Sequence record: MK977694.1
From: Escherichia phage vB_EcoM-Sa45lw
Length of the DNA: 64,000 bases
Direction: 5' to 3' (one strand)
Shown: positions 10,262 through 20,527 of the stretch, one piece after another
How the letters are laid out: the number at the start of each line of letters is the position of its first letter
How positions within the stretch are numbered: the stretch's first letter is position 1
The notes under the pieces: generated by a model
What the model saw: the letters and a program-made list of their open reading frames with translations, nothing else
What the model was told of the DNA's origin: nothing
Databases searched by the model: none
Position numbers and translations under genes: made by a program

Positions 10262-11433
10262 TGAGTATGTTGCAACGCCCCGGATATCCAAATCTCAGCG
10301 TTAAATTATTTGAGAGTTATGACGCTTGGAGTAATAATAGATTTGTTGAATTAGCTGCTACTATTACCACATTAACTATGCGTGACTCTCTTTATGGTCG
10401 AAATGAAGGAATGCTACAATTTTATGATTCTAAAAACATTCATACAAAAATGGATGGAAATGAAATAATTCAGATTTCTGTAGCTAATGCAAACGATATT
10501 AATAATGTTAAAACACGAATTTATGGATGCAAGCATTTTTCCGTGTCAGTAGATTCAAAAGGCGATAACATCATTGCTATTGAATTGGGAACTATTCATT
10601 CTATAGAAAATCTTAAATTTGGTAGACCATTTTTCCCTGATGCCGGGGAATCTATAAAGGAAATGCTTGGTGTCATTTATCAAGACCGCACATTATTAAC
10701 TCCAGCAATAAATGCTATAAATGCTTATGTTCCTGATATTCCATGGACTAGCACATTTGAAAACTATTTGTCATATGTAAGAGAAGTTGCTCTAGCGGTA
10801 GGAAGCGATAAGTTCGTATTTGTATGGCAAGACATCATGGGAGTTAACATGATGGACTATGATATGATGATAAATCAAGAACCATATCCAATGATTGTAG
10901 GTGAGCCAACTTTAATAGGTCAATTCGTCCAAGAATTGAAATATCCATTAGCATATGATTTTGTTTGGTTGACTAAATCAAACCCGCATAAACGTGATCC
11001 AATGAAAAATGCTACTATCTATGCTCATTCATTTTTAGATTCTTCATTACCAATGATTACTACAGGAAAGGGTGAAAACTCTATTGTAGTGTCAAGGTCA
11101 GGTGCTTATTCTGAAATGACTTATAGAAATGGATACGAAGAAGCTATTCGTCTTCAGACTATGGCGCAGTATGATGGTTACGCTAAATGTTCTACTGTCG
11201 GTAATTTTAACTTGACTCCTGGCGTTAAAATTATTTTTAATGATAGTAAAAACCAATTTAAAACAGAATTTTACGTTGATGAAGTTATTCACGAATTATC
11301 AAATAATAATTCCGTAACTCATCTTTATATGTTCACTAATGCAACGAAACTGGAAACAATCGACCCAGTTAAGGTTAAAAATGAATTTAAAACTGATACT
11401 ACCACTGAAGAAAGTAGTTCTTCCGATAAGTAA
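10261..11433 (+). CDS. 27: Baseplate hub protein gp27
   Basis: 390 aa; T4 gp27 size and position. Confidence 0.9.
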   Translation: MSMLQRPGYPNLSVKLFESYDAWSNNRFVELAATITTLTMRDSLYGRNEGMLQFYDSKNIHTKMDGNEIIQISVANANDINNVKTRIYGCKHFSVSVDSKGDNIIAIELGTIHSIENLKFGRPFFPDAGESIKEMLGVIYQDRTLLTPAINAINAYVPDIPWTSTFENYLSYVREVALAVGSDKFVFVWQDIMGVNMMDYDMMINQEPYPMIVGEPTLIGQFVQELKYPLAYDFVWLTKSNPHKRDPMKNATIYAHSFLDSSLPMITTGKGENSIVVSRSGAYSEMTYRNGYEEAIRLQTMAQYDGYAKCSTVGNFNLTPGVKIIFNDSKNQFKTEFYVDEVIHELSNNNSVTHLYMFTNATKLETIDPVKVKNEFKTDTTTEESSSSDK

Positions 11434-11914
11434 TAAAGAAGTTTCTATTCCTAAGATGGGTCTTAAACATTATAACATTTTAAAAGATGTTAAAGGTCCT
11501 GATGAAAATTTAAAGCTTCTTATTGATTCTATTTGTCCGAATTTATCACCAGCAGAAGTTGATTTCGTTTCTATTCATCTATTGGAATTTAATGGAAAGA
11601 TTAAATCTCGTAAAGAAATAGATGGTTATACTTATGATATTAACGACGTTTATGTATGCCAAAGATTGGAATTTCAATACCAAGGAAATACATTTTATTT
11701 TAGACCTCCTGGAAAATTTGAACAATTTTTAACTGTAAGCGATATGTTATCCAAATGCTTGCTTAAGGTCAATGATGAAGTTAAAGAAATTAATTTTCTT
11801 GAGATGCCAGCATTTGTTTTAAAATGGGCAAATGATATTTCTACAACTTTAGCAATTCCTGGCCCTAATGGTCCAATAACCGGAATTGGCAATATTATTG
11901 GATTATTTGAATGA
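11381..11914 (+). CDS. 28: Baseplate hub distal subunit gp28
   Basis: Start placed at internal ATG ([11 protein letters not shown]...) to give 177 aa as in T4; overlaps the gene 27 3' end out of frame. Confidence 0.8.
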   Translation: MNLKLILPLKKVVLPISNKEVSIPKMGLKHYNILKDVKGPDENLKLLIDSICPNLSPAEVDFVSIHLLEFNGKIKSRKEIDGYTYDINDVYVCQRLEFQYQGNTFYFRPPGKFEQFLTVSDMLSKCLLKVNDEVKEINFLEMPAFVLKWANDISTTLAIPGPNGPITGIGNIIGLFE

Positions 11915-13683
11915 AAAAGCCACAAGAAATGCAAACGATGCGTAGAAAAGTTATTTCAGATAATAAACCAACACAGGACGCGGCTAAATCCGCTTCTAAT
12001 ACTTTATCTGGTCTTAATGACATTTCTACAAAATTAGATGATGCTCAAGCTGCTTCTGAATTAATAGCTCAGACTGTTGAAGAAAAATCAAATGAAATAG
12101 TTGGAGCAATTGATAACGTTGAAAGCGCAGTAAGTGATACTACTGCCGGTTCTGAGTTAATTGCTGAAACTGTTGAAATTGGAAACAATATTAATAAAGA
12201 AATCGGTGAATCGCTCGGAAGCAAATTAGATAAATTAACAAGTTTACTGGAACAAAAAATTCAGACAGCTGGAATTCAGCAAACTGGAACGAGTTTAGCA
12301 GTAGTCGAAAATGCTATTCCTGTTAAAGTCGTCGAGGATGATACAGCTGAATCTGTGGGTCCTTTATTACCGGCTCCTGAAGCAGTTAATAATGATCCTG
12401 ATGCTGATTTTTTCCCTACTCCTCAGCCAATTGAACCAAAACAAGAGTCTCCAGAAGAGAAGCAAAAAAGAGACGCATTTAACTTAAAAATATCTAATGC
12501 ATTAGATAAATTAACAAAGACAGTTGATTTCGGATTTAAGAAATCTATTTCAATTACTGATAAAATATCTAGTATGCTATTTAAGTATACCGTCAGTGCT
12601 GCTATTGAAGCTGCTAAAATGGTTGCATTGATAATGGCTGTTGTTATTGGAATAGACCTGCTGATGGTTCATTTTAAATACTGGTCAGATAAATTTTCAA
12701 AAGCCTGGGATTTATTTAGCACTGATTTTACTAAATTCTCTAGCGAAACCGGAACATGGGGTCCTTTATTACAGAGCATCTTTGATTCTATTGATAAAAT
12801 TAAACAACTTTGGGAAGCTGGAGATTGGGGCGGATTGACAGTAGCTATTGTTGAAGGGCTTGGAAAGGTTCTTTATAATTTAGGAGAACTTATTCAATTA
12901 GGTATGGCTAAATTATCTGCGGCAATTCTTCGAGTTATTCCTGGTATGAAAGATACCGCTGATGAAGTAGAAGGAAGAGCGCTGGAAAATTTCCAAAATA
13001 CTACAAATGCTTCTCTTAGCAAAGAAGATCAAGAAAAAGTTGCAAATTATCAATATAAAAGAATGAATGACGATCTTGGTCCAATAGCAAAAGGATTAGA
13101 CAAAATTGCGAACTGGAAAACTCGTGCTTCTAACTGGATTCGTGGTGTTGATAATAAAGAAGCACTAACGACTGATGAAGAGAGAGCAGAGGAAGAAGAA
13201 AAATTAAAGCAACTTTCTCCGGAAGAAGCTAAAATTGCTTTAATGAAAGCTAATGAAGCTCGTGCTGCTATGAATCGTTTTGAGCAATATGCCGATTCAG
13301 CTGATATGAGTAAAGACTCAACAGTTAAATCAGTTGAATCTGCCTATGAAGACCTTAAAAAACGGATGGATGACCCGGATTTAAATAATTCACCGGCAGT
13401 TAAAAAAGAACTTGCTGCTAGATTTTCTAAAATTGATGCTACTTATCAGGAGCTCAAGAAAAATCAGCCTAATGCCAAACCTGAAACTTCTGCTAAATCA
13501 CCAGAAGCAAAACAGGTCCAGGTGATTGAAAAGAACAAAGCACAACAAGCTCCTGTTCAACAAGCATCTCCTTCAATCAATAATACTAATAATGTTATTA
13601 AGAAAAATACTGTCGTTCATAATATGACACCTGTCACAAGCACAACTGCTCCTGGTGTATTTGGTGCGACGGGAGTTAATTAA
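11911..13683 (+). CDS. 29: Tail-length tape-measure / baseplate hub protein gp29
   Basis: 590 aa, T4 gp29 length; ATGA overlap with gene 28. Confidence 0.9.
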   Translation: MKKPQEMQTMRRKVISDNKPTQDAAKSASNTLSGLNDISTKLDDAQAASELIAQTVEEKSNEIVGAIDNVESAVSDTTAGSELIAETVEIGNNINKEIGESLGSKLDKLTSLLEQKIQTAGIQQTGTSLAVVENAIPVKVVEDDTAESVGPLLPAPEAVNNDPDADFFPTPQPIEPKQESPEEKQKRDAFNLKISNALDKLTKTVDFGFKKSISITDKISSMLFKYTVSAAIEAAKMVALIMAVVIGIDLLMVHFKYWSDKFSKAWDLFSTDFTKFSSETGTWGPLLQSIFDSIDKIKQLWEAGDWGGLTVAIVEGLGKVLYNLGELIQLGMAKLSAAILRVIPGMKDTADEVEGRALENFQNTTNASLSKEDQEKVANYQYKRMNDDLGPIAKGLDKIANWKTRASNWIRGVDNKEALTTDEERAEEEEKLKQLSPEEAKIALMKANEARAAMNRFEQYADSADMSKDSTVKSVESAYEDLKKRMDDPDLNNSPAVKKELAARFSKIDATYQELKKNQPNAKPETSAKSPEAKQVQVIEKNKAQQAPVQQASPSINNTNNVIKKNTVVHNMTPVTSTTAPGVFGATGVN

Positions 13684-13691
13684 GGAATAAT

Positions 13692-14786
13692 ATGGCAATT
13701 GTTAAAGAAATAACTGCTGATTTAATTAAAAAGTCCGGTGAAACAATTTCAGCCGGACAGAGTACTAAATCAGAAGTAGGAACTAAAACATACACAGCCC
13801 AGTTTCCAACTGGGCGTGCTAGTGGTAATGACACTACAGGGGACTTCCAGGTAACAGATCTATATAAGAATGGATTATTATTTACTGCATACAATATGTC
13901 ATCTAGGGATTCTGGAAGTCTTAGAACGATGAGATCTAACTACTCTTCTTCATCTTCGAGTATTTTACGTACAGCCAGAAACACTATTAGTAGTACAGTA
14001 TCAAAACTATCAAATGGATTAATATCAGATAATAATTCAGGAACAATAAGTAAAGTTCCTGTTGCAAATATTCTTTTACCGAGATCTAAATCCGATGTTG
14101 ATACATCATCACATAGATTTAACGATGTTCAAGATAGTCTTATTACAAAAGGTGGAGGTACTGCTACTGGCGTGTTAAGCAATATGGCTTCAACTGCAGT
14201 ATTTGGAGCACTGGAAAGTATAACACAAGGTATAATGGCTGATAATAATGAACAGATTTATACGACAGCCAGAAGTATGTATGGTGGTGCTGAGAATAGA
14301 ACTAAAGTGTTCACTTGGGATTTGACTCCGCGTTCCACAGAAGATTTAATGGCTATTATTAATATCTATCAATATTTTAACTATTTTTCTTATGGTGAAA
14401 CGGGTAAATCTCAATATGCTGCTGAAATAAAAGGATATCTAGATGAGTGGTATCGCTCTACTTTTATTGAGCCATTAACTCCAGAAGATGCAGTTAAAAA
14501 TAAGACGTTATTTGAGAAAATGACATCGAGTTTAACTAACGTTCTTGTAGTTTCAAACCCGACAATTTGGATGGTTAAAAACTTTGGCGCAACTTCTAAA
14601 TTTGACGGCAAAACAGAAGTGTTTGGACCGTGTCAAATTCAAAGTATTAGATTTGATAAAACTCCGAATGGTAATTTTAACGGATTAGCTATTGCTCCTA
14701 ACCTTCCAAGTTCTTTTACACTCGAGATTACTATGAGAGAGATTATTACGTTAAACCGTGCTTCTTTATATACGGGGACTTTCTAA
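13692..14786 (+). CDS. 48: Baseplate tail-tube junction protein gp48
   Basis: 364 aa, T4 gp48 length. Confidence 0.9.
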   Translation: MAIVKEITADLIKKSGETISAGQSTKSEVGTKTYTAQFPTGRASGNDTTGDFQVTDLYKNGLLFTAYNMSSRDSGSLRTMRSNYSSSSSSILRTARNTISSTVSKLSNGLISDNNSGTISKVPVANILLPRSKSDVDTSSHRFNDVQDSLITKGGGTATGVLSNMASTAVFGALESITQGIMADNNEQIYTTARSMYGGAENRTKVFTWDLTPRSTEDLMAIINIYQYFNYFSYGETGKSQYAAEIKGYLDEWYRSTFIEPLTPEDAVKNKTLFEKMTSSLTNVLVVSNPTIWMVKNFGATSKFDGKTEVFGPCQIQSIRFDKTPNGNFNGLAIAPNLPSSFTLEITMREIITLNRASLYTGTF

Positions 14787-15751
14787 TGTATTCTTTAGAG
14801 GAATTTAATAATCAAGCAATAAACGCAGACTTCCAACGTAATAATATGTTCAGCTGTGTTTTTGCTACAACTCCATCAACTAAAAGCTCATCGTTAATAA
14901 GCTCAATTAGTAACTTTGCTTATAATAACTTGGGTCTAAATTCAGATTGGTTGGGATTAACTCAAGGTGATATTAATCAGGGAATTACCACGCTAATTAC
15001 CGCTGGCACACAAAAACTGATAAGAAAATCAGGGGTTAGTAAATATCTTATTGGTGCCATGAGTCAACGTACAGTTCAAAGTTTATTAGGCTCATTTACA
15101 GTTGGTACATATTTAATTGACTTCTTTAACATGGCATATAACTCATCTGGATTGATGATATATTCTGTAAAAATGCCAGAAAATAGATTATCCTATGAAA
15201 CTGACTGGAACTATAATTCTCCTAATATTCGTATAACTGGAAGAGAATTAGACCCTTTGGTTATTTCATTTAGAATGGATTCAGAAGCTTGTAACTATCG
15301 TGCAATGCAAGACTGGGTTAACGCCGTTCAAGACCCAGTAACTGGATTGCGTGCTTTACCGCAAGATGTCGAGGCAGATATTCAGGTCAATCTTCATTCT
15401 CGCAATGGATTACCACATACTGCGGTGATGTTCACTGGCTGTATTCCAATATCTGTGAGTGCTCCTGAGTTATCATATGATGGAGATAACCAAATAACTA
15501 CATTTGATGTTACTTTCGCTTATAGAGTCATGCAGGCTGGAGCAGTTGATAGACAAGCTGCCCTTGAATGGCTTGAATCTGCTACTATAAATGGTATTCA
15601 AAGCGTTCTCGGAAATAGTGGAGGTGTTACTGGACTATCTAATTCGCTTTCACGACTTAGTAGATTAGGGGGAACTGCAGGAAGCATTTCAAATATTAAT
15701 ACTATGACAGGAATTGTCAACTCGCAAAGTAAAATATTAGGAGCAATATAA
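14786..15751 (+). CDS. 54: Baseplate tail-tube initiator gp54
   Basis: 321 aa; T4 gp54 size and position. Confidence 0.9.
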   Translation: MYSLEEFNNQAINADFQRNNMFSCVFATTPSTKSSSLISSISNFAYNNLGLNSDWLGLTQGDINQGITTLITAGTQKLIRKSGVSKYLIGAMSQRTVQSLLGSFTVGTYLIDFFNMAYNSSGLMIYSVKMPENRLSYETDWNYNSPNIRITGRELDPLVISFRMDSEACNYRAMQDWVNAVQDPVTGLRALPQDVEADIQVNLHSRNGLPHTAVMFTGCIPISVSAPELSYDGDNQITTFDVTFAYRVMQAGAVDRQAALEWLESATINGIQSVLGNSGGVTGLSNSLSRLSRLGGTAGSISNINTMTGIVNSQSKILGAI

Positions 15752-15755
15752 CAAT

Positions 15756-15778
15756 GGGGACCGAAAGGTCCCCATGTT
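15756..15778. terminator. Bidirectional terminator between 54 and alt.-3
   Basis: GGGGACC-gaaa-GGTCCCC hairpin followed by T-run. Confidence 0.65.
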
Positions 15779-15779
15779 T

Positions 15780-16070
15780 TTATTTACGGAATGAAATAAA
15801 AGCAGCAACTGAAGCAACAGAGGTTTCTTCAATATAAACCTCAATTTTTACCGGAGCTTCTGACTCAAATTTACCTGTTACTACACCCTGAAAAATACTT
15901 TCAGTCTGTTCTGGCTTTGAAAAATTTTCAGAAGGAAAAATTCCAAACTTTTTATCGGTTCCGAAAATTTTAATAAATTCATCGTAAACTGCTTCATTAA
16001 AAGCATTATCAGCAGGAATAACGCCTTCAACTACAAGTTCTTGACCTAAAAAGCGCAAAGAAGATTTCAT
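15780..16070 (-). CDS. Hypothetical protein (alt.-3 position)
   Basis: 96 aa ORF; strong SD GAGGA and early promoter upstream. Confidence 0.6.
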   Translation of the reverse strand: MKSSLRFLGQELVVEGVIPADNAFNEAVYDEFIKIFGTDKKFGIFPSENFSKPEQTESIFQGVVTGKFESEAPVKIEVYIEETSVASVAAFISFRK

Positions 16071-16077
16071 TTTGTGT

Positions 16078-16131
16078 TCCTCATGTTATGTCAGTAAGAC
16101 TACTATAACACAACACGAGGGACTTGTAAAC
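16078..16131 (-). repeat. 54 bp promoter-leader repeat, copy 1
   Basis: Identical to 31872-31925. Confidence 0.9.
16102..16131 (-). promoter_or_regulatory. Early promoter (GTTTACA, 17 bp, TATAGT) upstream of alt.-3
   Basis: sigma70-like hexamers with TG-extended -10; part of a 54 bp block repeated at 31872-31925. Confidence 0.6.
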
Positions 16132-18188
16132 TACATTTTGAACTTTTTAGACATTCCGTTAATGTTAACCAAAGAAGCTAAGATTTGAGAAACTTCGTTT
16201 TCCTCTTCTTTTGATTCTTCTACAAGGAATTGATTAAATCCAGCCATTGGACGAACTTCACCAGTTTCCATTAGATGGTCGCCATCATATACTGATTCTT
16301 CTAATTGTTCAGAAGGAGGAACGATTGTACCTTCGATTAGATACTTGTTATAAGCAGTTTCTTTCATAAAGTAAGTACTTACTTTATTAATCTTCAGTAA
16401 AATTCCACGTGGTAGAATAACTTCAGCTTCTGATGGAAATCCTGATAAATGACCCGGAACGATAACTTTAACTCGTTCAGCTCCTTTAATTACCATACCC
16501 ACGCTAGTTTCAGCATCTTCATTAGCATATGTAGAATGACTACCCATATGCATCAAATCTTCTGCATCAACGGAACCTTCTCCTTCACCAGAAAATACTG
16601 CTCCGGAATCATCTAAGGCCATATAATTTTTACCATACTCACCAAAGATATTTGGTTTAAGTGATGTAGATACGAAGTTCTTGAAATAGAACATTTTATT
16701 TTCAATGTTATGACGCAAAGTTTTAAAAGTAACTTCTTGTCCACGGTAAAGTGTAGTTCCTGGAGGAAGAACTGAACCTTTAGCAAACGCAGAATCCATA
16801 GTCTCGATGTGCTTAATAGCGCGCTCCATGTATTCTTCACGTGTAGAATCAGGTTTACCTAAAAGGAATGAGTTCATTTCAACATACGAATCTGCACAAT
16901 AATCTTCAATTACATCAGATTCAGCCTGAGTCAATCCTTTTGGAGTTACTTCAGTGCTTGCATATTCATACGCCTGAGCAGCGGATTCATCAATTAATTT
17001 ATAAATGCCATTCATGACAAATTGAATAATAGCTGTCTTTTCATCTGGCGTAGCTTTAGAACCTTTAACTAAATCATTGACAATTTTCTTAATAACATCA
17101 AAGCTATTAGAAATATTAATGTCAGCAAGATCGCTTAAAATTTTATCAGTTTTATAATCAAAGAATTCTTTATTCTTTAAATATTCTTGAGAACCTTGAT
17201 ATGTTATATCGCTCTGCAGCTTGATAGATGGATCACGTAAACGTGCATGGGCTAATGCAATATGATTTCGGAAGCTTTCTAGTTCATAATCACTAGATTT
17301 AAAACGAGAAGCACTCCTCATACCACCGATAGCTCCTTTGCCGAAGTTTGAACCAATCTGAATAACGCCAGAGTTCATTGGTCCTTCTGCTTTATATACC
17401 GGAACTTTAGATTCAAACTCTTGATATTTCTTAGCAGCAAAGCTATCACCCTGAAGTGAAGCATCAACAGTAGAATATTGAGCTTGTGCTGCTAATCGAC
17501 GACTAATTTTAGTTTTCTGAATAACAGCTTGATCCGTACGCTTATCATTTTCTAAAGCAATAGAAGCAGCAACTGCGACAGCTTTAGGAACAGCATTACC
17601 TGTTTTAACGTCTACATAAACATCACCGACTTTCGATTCAACTTTTGTGAATAACTCAGTTGAAATAGGAGGTACACCTGGAATGTCTTCTAAATTGGCA
17701 TTTTTACGGTAAACCATAATATATGCATATTTCTTATCATAGTCCCAGATTTCCTTTAAAAGAACATATCGACCTGCTCCTTTAGTACGTACTAAACGGT
17801 CAGCAATAACTTGCATTTGACGAGCAGCGCCATTTGTTTTACTTTTTAGTACGCGGAATAGGCATGCATCAATTTTATACTGTTTCATTGTTTGAAGAGC
17901 AGTATCAAAAACCGCATTAATGACACCAATTGGATTTCCACCCAAGTTTTTAAGCTTAACTAACGATAATTTCTCATTAACACCTATCATTACGATATGC
18001 ATCATTTTGTCGCCTGGCTTAACGTTTTTATTCGTATCACCGCCAGAGGTGTATGTACAAAATCGAAATCCAGGAAGAACGCTTTCTTCACCGGCTTGAA
18101 TAGCAAAAATTTGAGGTATTTTATGCTTAGGATTTAAGTTAACAACCGGCGCCGAAGCGCCGTCAAATAATTCTGTAATAAGTTCCAT
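16131..18188 (-). CDS. Alt-like ADP-ribosyltransferase paralog (intact)
   Basis: 685 aa; N-terminus MELITELFD as in Alt; ART motifs YRGQ, FVSTSL, EVILPRG. Confidence 0.85.
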   Translation of the reverse strand: MELITELFDGASAPVVNLNPKHKIPQIFAIQAGEESVLPGFRFCTYTSGGDTNKNVKPGDKMMHIVMIGVNEKLSLVKLKNLGGNPIGVINAVFDTALQTMKQYKIDACLFRVLKSKTNGAARQMQVIADRLVRTKGAGRYVLLKEIWDYDKKYAYIMVYRKNANLEDIPGVPPISTELFTKVESKVGDVYVDVKTGNAVPKAVAVAASIALENDKRTDQAVIQKTKISRRLAAQAQYSTVDASLQGDSFAAKKYQEFESKVPVYKAEGPMNSGVIQIGSNFGKGAIGGMRSASRFKSSDYELESFRNHIALAHARLRDPSIKLQSDITYQGSQEYLKNKEFFDYKTDKILSDLADINISNSFDVIKKIVNDLVKGSKATPDEKTAIIQFVMNGIYKLIDESAAQAYEYASTEVTPKGLTQAESDVIEDYCADSYVEMNSFLLGKPDSTREEYMERAIKHIETMDSAFAKGSVLPPGTTLYRGQEVTFKTLRHNIENKMFYFKNFVSTSLKPNIFGEYGKNYMALDDSGAVFSGEGEGSVDAEDLMHMGSHSTYANEDAETSVGMVIKGAERVKVIVPGHLSGFPSEAEVILPRGILLKINKVSTYFMKETAYNKYLIEGTIVPPSEQLEESVYDGDHLMETGEVRPMAGFNQFLVEESKEEENEVSQILASLVNINGMSKKFKM

Positions 18189-18191
18189 GAT

Positions 18192-20285
18192 TTATCCTTG
18201 AACGAACTTGTAAGGCATGTTTGTAATATCTATGCAAGACGCAATAATTCCAAGAGATGATTCTACTTTCTGTTTAATATTTGATGAAACAAATGATGCA
18301 AAGTCAACTCTGTCTTCTATTTCAATATCACCTGTCATTGCAACCAATTCACCAGTTTCCATTAAATGGTCTCCATCATAGATTACCGATTCGGTGAGCT
18401 CTTCCGTGGTCATAACTTCAGCTTGAATGAGTTTTGTATTATTAGATGTTGTTCCGTCATTATTAGAAGCATCAGTTATTTTATTAACCTTGACCATCAA
18501 TCCGCGTGGTAGAATAACTTCAGCTTCTGTTGCTATTCCGAGACTTCCTGGATATACAACATTAACTTTATGAGCTCCATCAATTGCCCATCCTATTTGA
18601 ACTTTAACATATTCAGGATTTTCTTTATACGCTCTTATTTCGTTTGGATTAATAGTTATTCCTTCTTCATTTTTATCAACTGTTAATTCGTTACGAGCTT
18701 CTGGTTCTAAAAGACCAATACCAGCATGTGTGATTCCAAAACGTCCAAAAATGATAGGAGTTAAAGAAGTAGATACAAAATTTCTGAAGTAGAACACTTT
18801 ATTTTTAACTAACGCTTCATATATAGGAGCAGTCATACTTTGAGCACGATAAACTGTAATGCCTTCTGGTATACGGTCACCATTTTCAAAAGCTGAATCT
18901 AAGTTATTTATAGCAGATTCAATTTCTTTTTCACTCATTACATCGTATCGTTCTGGATTGTAACGACCTAAAAGAAGATTATTGATGTCAGTATATCCTG
19001 AACCGCAATATTCTCTAATGCCACGCTTTTGTGATGGAGTATATTTAGAACCATCGCGGGCAATAGTAATATCAATCATTGGACCAGCACCAATTCCAGA
19101 AAAACTGTAAATCATTCGTTTGAGGAATTTAGTTTTTGCTGCGTTCCAGGAATTTTTAGTTATTTCTTCCCAGACTTCATCTGGTTGTCCTTTACGATTT
19201 TTATTATGATTAGCAAGCCATTTATCTTTATAATCTTCAAAGAATTGATTTACAGCTGCTGCGTATTTCTCTAAACATTTTATTGAAGTAGTTGGTTCAT
19301 TTTTAATTGCATTAAAAATTACTTCTTTAATTTTTTCTGAAACTTCACCGACTTGACTCATTGGAAAGAATTTATAATCATAGTGAAGTTCATCTGCCGT
19401 TCCTTCAGCAATAATTTTTGCTGCCTTTGTTTTAGAAGCTAATGAATTAATTCCAATTTTCATTTCTTCTGCTTCGGGAATTAAAGGTGCAGTAGCTGGT
19501 TTATTAAAATTAGCTGCTGTAGATTCATACTTCTGGAATAATTCACTTTCAAATCTAGAAGATTCCAATGACTGACTTTGTGCAATTGCTCTACGGGAAA
19601 TTTTAACTTTAACGATTACGGCTTGGTCAGAACGTTTATCATTTTCTTGTGCAATAGATGCAGCAATTGCCTCATTTTTGGTTACTTGAGCTCCAGTATC
19701 TTTATTGATATAAACATCACCGACCTTCGATTCAACTTTAGTAAAAAGCTCGGTGCTAATTTCTGGAACTCCTGGAATGTCTTCTAGTGATACATTTTTA
19801 CGATGTATAAGAATATATGCATACTTTTTATCGTAATCCCAGAGTTCCTTAAGAAGGACGTATCTGCCACCTGAACGACTGCGGATGAGTCTATCAGCAA
19901 TAAGTTGAATTTGTCGAGCTTGACCGGCGGTTTTAGACTTAAGAATACGAAGCATGCAGGCATCAATTTTATATTGACGCATTGTTTGCATTGCAACAGT
20001 AAAAACTGAATTGATATAATTAATCGGGCTTGGACCAAGACCTTTTAATTTAGCAATTGAACCTTTAGCAGTTAATGTAAAAGGAACAATGTGCATCATT
20101 TTATCGCCCATCTTTAAATCACGATTAGTATCACCTCCAGATGTATAGGTACATAAACGAAAGCCTGGTTGTTCAATTGCATCATCAACATGAACTGAAA
20201 AAATTTGTGGTATTTTCTTCTTTGGATTTAAGTTTGTAATCGGAAGAGTAGTATCTTCGTCAAATAATTCTGTAATAAGTTCCAT
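18192..20285 (-). CDS. alt: Alt ADP-ribosyltransferase (capsid-packaged, modifies host RNA polymerase)
   Basis: 697 aa; MELITELFDEDTTLPITNL...; ART motifs YRAQ, FVSTSL, EVILPRG. Confidence 0.92.
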   Translation of the reverse strand: MELITELFDEDTTLPITNLNPKKKIPQIFSVHVDDAIEQPGFRLCTYTSGGDTNRDLKMGDKMMHIVPFTLTAKGSIAKLKGLGPSPINYINSVFTVAMQTMRQYKIDACMLRILKSKTAGQARQIQLIADRLIRSRSGGRYVLLKELWDYDKKYAYILIHRKNVSLEDIPGVPEISTELFTKVESKVGDVYINKDTGAQVTKNEAIAASIAQENDKRSDQAVIVKVKISRRAIAQSQSLESSRFESELFQKYESTAANFNKPATAPLIPEAEEMKIGINSLASKTKAAKIIAEGTADELHYDYKFFPMSQVGEVSEKIKEVIFNAIKNEPTTSIKCLEKYAAAVNQFFEDYKDKWLANHNKNRKGQPDEVWEEITKNSWNAAKTKFLKRMIYSFSGIGAGPMIDITIARDGSKYTPSQKRGIREYCGSGYTDINNLLLGRYNPERYDVMSEKEIESAINNLDSAFENGDRIPEGITVYRAQSMTAPIYEALVKNKVFYFRNFVSTSLTPIIFGRFGITHAGIGLLEPEARNELTVDKNEEGITINPNEIRAYKENPEYVKVQIGWAIDGAHKVNVVYPGSLGIATEAEVILPRGLMVKVNKITDASNNDGTTSNNTKLIQAEVMTTEELTESVIYDGDHLMETGELVAMTGDIEIEDRVDFASFVSSNIKQKVESSLGIIASCIDITNMPYKFVQG

Positions 20286-20308
20286 GTTATCCTCTCTAGT
20301 GTTTATTC

Positions 20309-20316
20309 TATTTATA
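20309..20316 (-). promoter_or_regulatory. Late promoter (TATAAATA, - strand) for alt and the downstream alt paralog
   Basis: Plus TATTTATA, 24 bp upstream of the alt ATG. Confidence 0.6.
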
Positions 20317-20323
20317 AAATTAA

Positions 20324-20337
20324 AGGCCCGAAGGCCT
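20324..20337 (-). terminator. Terminator hairpin downstream of ORF 20342-20527
   Basis: AGGCC-cgaa-GGCCT with T-rich flank on - strand. Confidence 0.5.
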
Positions 20338-20341
20338 TTAA

Positions 20342-20527
20342 TTAATAGAGAGCTAAAAGAGTACGATATACTTCAAACTTTGGACCTTTTTCATATGGAT
20401 CAAATCTTTCCGTGAATTCATCATATGCTAGTTTATCTGGGAATTCAAGAATAACCTGCGATACCGCAGTGGAAACATCTCCACCTTCTTTTTGAGCCAC
20501 GACAATTGTTTCTAAGTAAGCTTTCAT
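20342..20527 (-). CDS. Hypothetical protein
   Basis: 61 aa ORF, ATGA-type overlap with gene 30 stop. Confidence 0.5.
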   Translation of the reverse strand: MKAYLETIVVAQKEGGDVSTAVSQVILEFPDKLAYDEFTERFDPYEKGPKFEVYRTLLALY

